64,000 bases of DNA from a virus. Below are positions 7,532 to 15,860 of this stretch, one piece after another (the first letter of the stretch is position 1; every line of letters begins with the position of its first letter). Position numbers and translations under genes: made by a program. Location of the stretch: positions 22,458 through 86,457 of the IMG/VR virus record IMGVR_UViG_3300046355_000046; one strand, written 5' to 3'. The notes under the pieces are model-generated. The model did no database searches and was not told the DNA's origin. It was given only the letters and a program-made list of their open reading frames with translations.

Positions 7532-10500
7532 AAATACACAGAACCCTACATCTACCACTAACCTTTTTAATAAGGGTATGGTTAAGGATTACAATGAAAC
7601 CTTCGTTGGTGAGGGATTGTGGACACATGCCCGTAATGCTGTAAACAACTCACATGATGGTCAGATAGGTGTTATAGGTAATGAACCATCTAACTTACAT
7701 TGTGTAACTCTTCCTTATACAATGATTGGTTGCATACATCTAACAGATGATATGTGGGCCATCTTTACCACTGATGACGTAAACTCTGAGATTGGTATCT
7801 TTGATGAGAGCCAATGCTCTTATACAAAAAAGGTTAATTCTCCTTGTTTAAACTTTAAGCGTTCTAATCTTATTACAGGAACTAGTCGTAGACGTTATGA
7901 CTGTGAGCGTCCTGTGTATTGGTCTGATGGATTAAATCCAGACAGATTCATGGACTTAGAAAATCCTCCTTTTAAATATACAGAATCTATTAGTAACGGA
8001 TGTGTAACTAAACTCTATACTACAGAACTTAACTGTGAAGAGATTCGTTTAACATCTCTTATTACACATCCTTGTATTATTCTAGAGAAAGGTAAAGCTA
8101 GTGGTACTCTTCCTAATGGATCATACCAAATAGCTATTGCTTATACTATTAATAAAGTTAAGGTATCTGACTACCTTGGTTTATCAGAAGTACAATCATT
8201 GTTTAGCCATCAAAATCTTAGTTCTTCTTTAGAAGTAAAGATTACTACAATAGATAAAGATTTTGAAGAGTTTGAGTTAGTTATACTAGCTCAGATTAAT
8301 GGTCAGACTATTGCACGTAGAGTTGGCTACTACTCTACTAATCAAGGAACTATTTATTTAGATGCTCTAAGTAACGACTTTGAGACTATACCTATTTCTC
8401 AGATTGTTGTTAGAACAGAACCTATTGAAAAATCTGATGCTATTTACACGGTAAATAATTACATGTTACGTGTAGGTACATACAGTAAGACTAAGTTTAA
8501 CTATCAACCGCAAGCTAATAGCATTCAAGCTAGATGGGTTGCCGTTGAGTATCCTGCTAACTATTATGTAAAAGGTGGTAATAACACTGGTTACATGAGA
8601 GATGAACAATATGCATTCTTTATTAGATGGGTATATAACACAGGAGAACGTTCTGAGTCATATCATATTCCTGGTAGAGTGGCTATGTCTACTGATACAG
8701 CTTTAGCTAATGGTACAGATGCATATGAAAATCAAGAAGGCATTCAGTTAGAGAAGTGGCAAGCAAGTAATACAGCTACTGTAGAGACAACTACTCCTTC
8801 TGTATTAGCAGATGGTGGACGTGTTGTAGCTAAAGGTAAAATGGGTTATTGGGAATCTACAGAATTATATCCTTCTAATAGAGTGGATATATGGGGCAAC
8901 CTTTGTGGTCAACCAATTAGACATCATAAGTTTCCTGATGTTACAATTACTGGTGGTGATGTAGTTAATCACTTTACTAATGATGGTAATAACATTGTTA
9001 TCCTAGGTGTAGAGTTTCATAATATTACTAAACCAGTTGATGTTAACGGAAATGTTATTACGTCAATTGTTGGGTACGAGGTATTACGTGGATCAAGAGA
9101 AGGACATAAGACTGTTATAAGTAAAGGATTGATTAATAACATGAGAGAATACTCTGTTCCTAATCAGACTAACATTACTGGTTTATATCAGAACTATCCA
9201 TTTAACGATTTAAGAGAAGATAGTTATTTAACTTCTCAAGAGCAATTAGGTGATAATGGTGGTCCTGATGCTAGTTCAAGTAAGTTAAATGGATACAAGA
9301 AAGATGTTCTATCATTCCATGGACCTGATGTAACTTTTAGCACACCTTATTTAAGTAGTAGTGAAGTAAAATTATATCAAGAGATTTATGGTGAATCTAA
9401 TGGTAGATTTGAAACTCCATATAAACATCCTAAGTTTAAACTTCCAACAAACTTTACAGATTTATTAACTAATGTTTTAGCAGCAGTTGCTACTATAGCA
9501 AAACTTGTTGGTGCATTAGCTGGTGCAGATACTAAAGTAGAATTTCAAGGAACAGATGATATTCCATTAACACAAAGTTTACTTGCTCCTCATAGAGCAG
9601 AAGCTATCTCAGGAGCAATCTTTGGTTTAGCTAATGGATGGATTGGTACAACTGGTATTGTTGGAGGTAATGAAGCAGCATCTGTTAAACGTACATTTGC
9701 TAATAGTGCAATTACTGTAGCTAATGCTGTTGTGTTAGGTGCTATGGCTACTATACAAATAGATGTTACTTCTGAACAATTCATGAAGTTAATCTTAGCT
9801 ATTATTCCTTATAAACAATATGCTGCACAATATGTAGCTCATGGTTACTATAATAAGTCTAGAACAACATTAGAAGGAAATAGAAGAAGAAAGATTGTTG
9901 AGTCTAGTTATGTAAACTCTGACATTCAGTCGTTTACTGCTAACTCACAAAACTACATGGTTAATAACTTTAACCGTGGAAAGTTTGTAATAATTAAGAC
10001 AAACGCTGATGTAAATAATCCAACTACTGTAGATAACAGTAGATTCTTGATTAGTGAAAAAGATGGTTCATTATATTCTACTTACCAAAGTACTGTATCT
10101 GGACATTATGGGGCGTTAAAGATATCTCTTCCGTCACAGTATGGTCAGTTAGATAGTTTAAAACAAATACCTATTTCTTTCTGTATAGAAGATGTAACTA
10201 CATCTAATACTACTAAGATAACATCTAATGTTTATTTTGGTGGTGATGTGTACATTAACAGATTTACAGAAAAGAATAGCATGTTGTTTTTTAACACATG
10301 GTTATATGGTGAGCCTAATGGTGCAGAGTTAGATTATACTATGTACTTTAGCATGCCTTATCCTAGATTCTGGATTAATAACACTAATCTATCTGGAGGA
10401 TTATTTAAACTAGCAAGTCAGTTTAGAGTGTTAGATCATAGAAAGTCTAGTACATTCCATATCAGTAGAGGATACTTTTATTTATTTAACTCTGGTGTAC

Positions 10501-12143
10501 GTGACTTCTTTGTAGAATCTGAAGTAAATGTAGCCTATAGAGATTGGGAAGATCGTCCAGAAAAACGTCACTATGATAATAACGGACTAACTGATTTAAG
10601 TACTTTATTTAGATCAGATGTAATTAAAGAACCTAACTACTATAAATATGATTACTCATTAAGTGTATCTAAGTTATTTAACTCACAGATCACTTGGGGT
10701 AATGTGCTTGATAGAGACTTTGATCCTAAGAAAGCACAGACTTGTTACAGCTATTATCCTAATAGAGTTATTTATTCTCTTCCACAACAAGATGAAAGTA
10801 AGAAAGATAACTGGAGAGTTTATCTAGCTAACAACTATAAAACATTTGGTAGCCGTGTTACATCAATTAAGTCTGTTAATAAAACAGGTGCTTTATTTAT
10901 GATGGCTTATCAGAGTCCTATGCAGTTTATGGGTGTAGAGGAACTTAAGTTAGATGGCACTGGTGCTAAGATTACTATTGGAGATGGTGCATTGTTTAGC
11001 GGTCCACAACAACTTCAAGCATTAGTAAATGCTGATGAATCATTTGAGTATGCATCATGTCAAAGTAAGTATGCTACATTAGGATGTACGCATGGTGTAT
11101 TCTGGGTAAGTCAGAACCAAGGAAAGATATTCCAGTATGCTGGACAGCTTAAAGAAATATCTAGAGAAGGAATGAAATGGTGGTTTGCTAAATACCTACC
11201 TTCTGAATTACTTACTAAGTATCCTAATTATCCATTGTACGATAACCCTGTAAAAGGTGTAGGGGTACAGATGACGTATGACAATACTAATGAGATAATC
11301 TATATCACTAAGAAAGACTATAAGCCTTTATTTAATGATATGGGTCACGATGCTGATGGTAAGTTTTATAGAACTATTAATGGTCTTAAGACATACTATG
11401 ACTTTAATAATCCATTAGCATTTGAGAATGCATCATGGACTATTAGTTATGATCCAAAGAATCAAACATGGTTATCATTTCATGACTGGAATCCAACGTT
11501 TGTGATTCCAGGAAAGGCTCATTTCATGAGTGTGGATACCAACTCTATATGGAAGCATAATGTACGTTGTGATTCTTATGCAAATTTCTATGGTAAAGAC
11601 TATCCATTTGAAGTGGAGTTTATCTCAGCTACAGGCCAGCAGGTTAACTCAGTAAGAAACATTGAATACTTACTAGAAGTATATAAGACGCATAATAACT
11701 GTGCAGATAAATTCCATGTACTAGATCAAAACTTTGATCAAGCTATTATTTCTAACTCTGAGCAAGTGTCTGGTTTACTTGAGTTAAACGTAAAGCCTAA
11801 AAACAATCCTGTTGCAGCTTTATCTTATCCTCAGATTCAACCTAACTCTATAAAGATATTATTCTCTAAAGAAGAAAATAAATATAGATTCAATCAGTTC
11901 TGGGATATAACAAAGGATCGTGGTGAGTTTAATACTCTTACTAACCAGTCTATGTTTATCACAAAAGCTAATGGTTACCAGTATGAGATTAATCCTCAGT
12001 ATGTTGATTACGGTAAAGCAGCTTTAGAGCGTAAGAAGTTTAGACATCACGTAAATAAAGTATGGTTAAGAAAATCAAAGAGTGGTGATCTAAAAATGTT
12101 GTTTAAGATATCTAATCAAAAGTTAACAGTATCACATAGATAA
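7524..12143 (+). CDS. Tail stabilisation / muzzle (nozzle) protein
   Basis: 1539 aa. F.KGM.KD N-terminus, YMRDE.YAF.I.W, FGGDVYINRF and WTISY...W.SFHDW motifs of crAss-like tail stabilisation proteins. Synteny. Confidence 0.8.
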   Translation: MAENTQNPTSTTNLFNKGMVKDYNETFVGEGLWTHARNAVNNSHDGQIGVIGNEPSNLHCVTLPYTMIGCIHLTDDMWAIFTTDDVNSEIGIFDESQCSYTKKVNSPCLNFKRSNLITGTSRRRYDCERPVYWSDGLNPDRFMDLENPPFKYTESISNGCVTKLYTTELNCEEIRLTSLITHPCIILEKGKASGTLPNGSYQIAIAYTINKVKVSDYLGLSEVQSLFSHQNLSSSLEVKITTIDKDFEEFELVILAQINGQTIARRVGYYSTNQGTIYLDALSNDFETIPISQIVVRTEPIEKSDAIYTVNNYMLRVGTYSKTKFNYQPQANSIQARWVAVEYPANYYVKGGNNTGYMRDEQYAFFIRWVYNTGERSESYHIPGRVAMSTDTALANGTDAYENQEGIQLEKWQASNTATVETTTPSVLADGGRVVAKGKMGYWESTELYPSNRVDIWGNLCGQPIRHHKFPDVTITGGDVVNHFTNDGNNIVILGVEFHNITKPVDVNGNVITSIVGYEVLRGSREGHKTVISKGLINNMREYSVPNQTNITGLYQNYPFNDLREDSYLTSQEQLGDNGGPDASSSKLNGYKKDVLSFHGPDVTFSTPYLSSSEVKLYQEIYGESNGRFETPYKHPKFKLPTNFTDLLTNVLAAVATIAKLVGALAGADTKVEFQGTDDIPLTQSLLAPHRAEAISGAIFGLANGWIGTTGIVGGNEAASVKRTFANSAITVANAVVLGAMATIQIDVTSEQFMKLILAIIPYKQYAAQYVAHGYYNKSRTTLEGNRRRKIVESSYVNSDIQSFTANSQNYMVNNFNRGKFVIIKTNADVNNPTTVDNSRFLISEKDGSLYSTYQSTVSGHYGALKISLPSQYGQLDSLKQIPISFCIEDVTTSNTTKITSNVYFGGDVYINRFTEKNSMLFFNTWLYGEPNGAELDYTMYFSMPYPRFWINNTNLSGGLFKLASQFRVLDHRKSSTFHISRGYFYLFNSGVRDFFVESEVNVAYRDWEDRPEKRHYDNNGLTDLSTLFRSDVIKEPNYYKYDYSLSVSKLFNSQITWGNVLDRDFDPKKAQTCYSYYPNRVIYSLPQQDESKKDNWRVYLANNYKTFGSRVTSIKSVNKTGALFMMAYQSPMQFMGVEELKLDGTGAKITIGDGALFSGPQQLQALVNADESFEYASCQSKYATLGCTHGVFWVSQNQGKIFQYAGQLKEISREGMKWWFAKYLPSELLTKYPNYPLYDNPVKGVGVQMTYDNTNEIIYITKKDYKPLFNDMGHDADGKFYRTINGLKTYYDFNNPLAFENASWTISYDPKNQTWLSFHDWNPTFVIPGKAHFMSVDTNSIWKHNVRCDSYANFYGKDYPFEVEFISATGQQVNSVRNIEYLLEVYKTHNNCADKFHVLDQNFDQAIISNSEQVSGLLELNVKPKNNPVAALSYPQIQPNSIKILFSKEENKYRFNQFWDITKDRGEFNTLTNQSMFITKANGYQYEINPQYVDYGKAALERKKFRHHVNKVWLRKSKSGDLKMLFKISNQKLTVSHR

Positions 12144-14632
12144 TGAACAAGCTATTACAATATATGATTGGTGCAGGTAATGTATCAGATAAGTTTCTTC
12201 CACAGCTTACTAAAGCTCAGAAAGGATTTACTGCATTACCTACTTTCCAAAAAGCTGGACAGGTTCAAACAAAAAAACCTATTGTAGATCCTAGAGTGTT
12301 TCCTCAAGAGACACTTGCTAATAGACAAAAGGTTTATAAAACTGTAAGACCAACAGATTATACTGATCTAAAAAATTATATCAGATACGTATTTAATAAT
12401 GAGAGAGATGAGTATGATGATGCTCGTAGTGAGGAAGCTTTTAAGATGTATTTAGGTTTACAACCTAAACCAGAATACTTTAGACCTTCTAAGTATAAAC
12501 CTACAATAAACGCTGATCCTAATGGTTTTTATTATAGTGCAGATCAACAGTTAGAGCAAGATATATTTGATAGCTTTAAAGATAAAGTAAAGCCAGGTCA
12601 AATCATGCCTACTGATGAATATTTTGTAAATAGTTATTTTCCTGGTAACCCAAATGCATTTTGGGAAGGAGATAAACAGATGGTTAAGTTTGGACCTAAT
12701 GATGAAAATCCATTTGTGGGTAGACCAATGGTTAGTCGTGCAAGAGCTTTAGGTAAGTTTGTGGTTAGTAGAGGTTCTGATAATCAAGGTGATTATTTAT
12801 CTTATGCTGATCAGTATGATTTTCCTAAAAAGCTTCAAGATAAAATGCAAGGACAACCATATAAAATCTATGGTAGAGTTTACTATCCAAAAGATAAAAA
12901 AGCTTATGGTGGCTTTTTTAAACAAGGAGGTGGACAAACTGTAACTAATCCTTTCTGGGAAGGCTCGTATGATTTTAAACCAATTAACCAAGGTACAGTT
13001 GATGAGATAAAATCTGAAATGGCTGGGTATATTCAGTCACCTTTGTATGCACAAAGACAGGCTATGCATCCAGAAAGATATATAGGTAATAATCTTAGTT
13101 ACTATGAAGACCCTAAATCATTCCAAAATTCTACAGCTTCTGCTAAAAGATCATATAGATTAATGGATCTTTATGATCAACCTACTCAGATTAAAAACAT
13201 TGGAAAGTTTAAGGATTACTATGATCCTAAGAAAAGAAAGACTGTGTTAAACAGTTCTAATTTAGAAAGTGTTGTAGCTCATGAGCTTGGTCACTCTTTA
13301 TTCAAAGGTGAAACTTTAAGTACAGTTTTAGATTCAGACTATGATAATAGTAAATATTGGGATGACTTAGCAGCTGGTAATAAAACTAAATTTGGTACTT
13401 CTTTAAATAAAGCAGAAGTTGATAAGTTTAAAAGTTTTGCTTATCCTATAGCTAATGAAGACGAGCACTATGATAATAGAGGGTATGGAGATTTTGCTAA
13501 TGAGTCTTATGCTGACTTAACAGGTATTAGACATTTGTTATATAAGAATGGAATTACTAAGAAGTTTGGTGATAATATTAACAGAACTATTTATGAAAAA
13601 GCTTTAAAGAATAAGCAGATTCAGAATGACCCTGTATTTAAAAGAATGCAGCAGAAGTATAGCCCTGGTAAAATCATTCTTCTAAATAACACTATTGCAC
13701 AAAATACTGATACTAAATCAGATCCAAACATGGCTGAATATGGTGGACCTATCTTAGATTCTCGTGGTCAATGGGCTCATCCTGGTAAAGTAACTCGTAT
13801 ACCTGGATCTAATATCACTATGCAAGGTGTTAACTATCCTGTATATGGTGTAGGCTCTAATGGTCAACAACAGATGATGCAGCCAGGGCAAGAATATAAC
13901 TTTGGTGGTGCATCTTATGTAGATGAGTATCCTATAATGCAGAATGGTGGTTTACTAAGCAGATCTGTTACTTGTTCTAATTGCGGATGGTCATGGAAAG
14001 CTATAGATGGAGGTCATGATCCTATGACATGTCATAAGTGTGGAGGTGCTGTTAAGATGCAGGGTGGGGGAACGGCTTATGTTGATTCTGTACTAAATGC
14101 TAACAAGAATCTTAATTGGGTGCAAAGACTATATCCAAAGAATACACCTTCTATGCAGATACCTGGAGTAAAAGGGCCTAGTACACATTATATGCAAAGC
14201 GGTGATGGTCGTGTATATCCAACAGTAGTACAAACGCCTAATGGTTCTTTAAAGTATTTAGGTAAAGATGCATTTGATTATGCAGACTCTACTAAGACTT
14301 ATATACAGTTTCCTTCTGATGCTGCAGCAACTTGGTTTGGTGAAAATTATAAAAAAGGAACTGGCGTGTTACCAAAGAATGCATCAGGCGGTCAACATGG
14401 TGGATTAGATAGATGGTTTGCAGAAAAGTGGGTAGATGTTAAAAGTGGTAAAGCATGTGGTAGACAAGAAGGAGAAAGTCGTAAAGGTTATCCAGCATGT
14501 CGTCCTTCTAAAAGAGTAAACTCTCAGACACCTAAGACATCATCTGAAATGAGTCCAGCAGAAAAAGCTAAATTTAAAGCTAGTAAAACTAGCAGTGAAC
14601 GTATATCATATAATCATAAAAGAAATAAATAG
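12143..14632 (+). CDS. Modular putative virion cargo polyprotein (zincin, Zn-ribbon and DUF5872-like modules separated by xxxGG motifs)
   Basis: AHELGH...NESYAD, CSNC...CHKC and GLDRWFAEKWVD...CRP modules. Repeated xxxGG motifs at module borders. Confidence 0.6.
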   Translation: MNKLLQYMIGAGNVSDKFLPQLTKAQKGFTALPTFQKAGQVQTKKPIVDPRVFPQETLANRQKVYKTVRPTDYTDLKNYIRYVFNNERDEYDDARSEEAFKMYLGLQPKPEYFRPSKYKPTINADPNGFYYSADQQLEQDIFDSFKDKVKPGQIMPTDEYFVNSYFPGNPNAFWEGDKQMVKFGPNDENPFVGRPMVSRARALGKFVVSRGSDNQGDYLSYADQYDFPKKLQDKMQGQPYKIYGRVYYPKDKKAYGGFFKQGGGQTVTNPFWEGSYDFKPINQGTVDEIKSEMAGYIQSPLYAQRQAMHPERYIGNNLSYYEDPKSFQNSTASAKRSYRLMDLYDQPTQIKNIGKFKDYYDPKKRKTVLNSSNLESVVAHELGHSLFKGETLSTVLDSDYDNSKYWDDLAAGNKTKFGTSLNKAEVDKFKSFAYPIANEDEHYDNRGYGDFANESYADLTGIRHLLYKNGITKKFGDNINRTIYEKALKNKQIQNDPVFKRMQQKYSPGKIILLNNTIAQNTDTKSDPNMAEYGGPILDSRGQWAHPGKVTRIPGSNITMQGVNYPVYGVGSNGQQQMMQPGQEYNFGGASYVDEYPIMQNGGLLSRSVTCSNCGWSWKAIDGGHDPMTCHKCGGAVKMQGGGTAYVDSVLNANKNLNWVQRLYPKNTPSMQIPGVKGPSTHYMQSGDGRVYPTVVQTPNGSLKYLGKDAFDYADSTKTYIQFPSDAAATWFGENYKKGTGVLPKNASGGQHGGLDRWFAEKWVDVKSGKACGRQEGESRKGYPACRPSKRVNSQTPKTSSEMSPAEKAKFKASKTSSERISYNHKRNK

Positions 14633-14640
14633 TATTTAAA

Positions 14641-15858
14641 ATGGCAAACAAACCTAATAATCCTGCCTTATGGTCTAGAGCTAAGTCTATGGCCAAATCT
14701 AAATTTGATGTATATCCTAGTGCCTATGCTAATGGATGGGCTGCTAAGTATTATAAAAGTAAAGGTGGTACTTGGCGTAAAGCTGAATACGGTATGGAAG
14801 TAATGGGTGATGGTGGTACACCAGATAACCCTGGCTTTAATGCTTTACCTCCAGCAGTACAACAAAAAATCATAGATAATATGGCTCAAGGTGGAGAGAA
14901 GATGCCACCAGAGATTGCTCGTGCACGTTTTGCCGCAGCTGGTAATCTTGATCAAATGAGTAACTATGGTTATGCTTATGGAGGATATATTCCAGAAATG
15001 ATGTATGGTGGATATGATTATATGGAAGAAGGTGGAGAACCTAACGGTGGAATGGCATTAGGTCAGATGTCAGCAGTTGCTGATAAAATGAGTAGACTAC
15101 GCCAATTTGTTTCTCCAGATCAAAACTTAGATCCATGGATTGCTTCTAAGCTTGCTGTAATTGATGATAGCGTAAATAGTATTTCTGATTATATGATGTA
15201 TAATCCTGAAGCTCAAGGAGGAGGTGGAGAAAAAATGGGAGAGCAGTATGAGCAAGAGGATATGGAAGAAATGATGGCTAATGGTGGATACGTTGTTACA
15301 AGAAGTAATGATCGTAAAGGTAAAACACATAAAGTAACTGGTCCTGATGGAACTGTTAAATACTTTGGTGATTCTAAGTTAGGTCAGCATCCTAAAGATC
15401 CAGAACGTAAAGCAGCTTTCTATGCTCGTCATAAAAAGAACTTAGAGAATAACCCTTTCTTTAGAGCGTTTGCTAGAAAGACGTGGAAAGAAGGCGGTTC
15501 TACATTTAGTGGTAATGCATTCTATCAAGGTGGTGGATTTATTCCAGAATATGATATGTCATTTCCAGCAGACTATGCTGTAGAGATGATGGAACAAGGC
15601 GGTATCCATTTAGATCCATCTAAGAGAGGTACGTTTAAAGCTCAGGCTACTCGTATGGGTATGGGAGTACAAGAAGCTGCTTCAGCAATACTTGGTGCAC
15701 CAGAAGGAAAGTATAGTCCAGCTATGAGGAAAAAAGCTAACTTTGCTCGTAACTTTGCTAAACAAGCAGGTGGTCCTGTAGAAGGTGAAGTAATGGATGT
15801 ATCTCCAGAAGAATTAGATATGCTTCGTCAACAAGGTTATCAATTTGAAATAATGTAA
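14641..15858 (+). CDS. Modular putative virion cargo polyprotein with about 10 xxxGG motifs
   Basis: KFDVYPSAYANGW, LDPWIASKL, YFG..KDPERKAAFYARH and GIHLDPSKRGTF..RKKANFARN modules between GG motifs. Confidence 0.6.
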   Translation: MANKPNNPALWSRAKSMAKSKFDVYPSAYANGWAAKYYKSKGGTWRKAEYGMEVMGDGGTPDNPGFNALPPAVQQKIIDNMAQGGEKMPPEIARARFAAAGNLDQMSNYGYAYGGYIPEMMYGGYDYMEEGGEPNGGMALGQMSAVADKMSRLRQFVSPDQNLDPWIASKLAVIDDSVNSISDYMMYNPEAQGGGGEKMGEQYEQEDMEEMMANGGYVVTRSNDRKGKTHKVTGPDGTVKYFGDSKLGQHPKDPERKAAFYARHKKNLENNPFFRAFARKTWKEGGSTFSGNAFYQGGGFIPEYDMSFPADYAVEMMEQGGIHLDPSKRGTFKAQATRMGMGVQEAASAILGAPEGKYSPAMRKKANFARNFAKQAGGPVEGEVMDVSPEELDMLRQQGYQFEIM

Positions 15859-15860
15859 TT

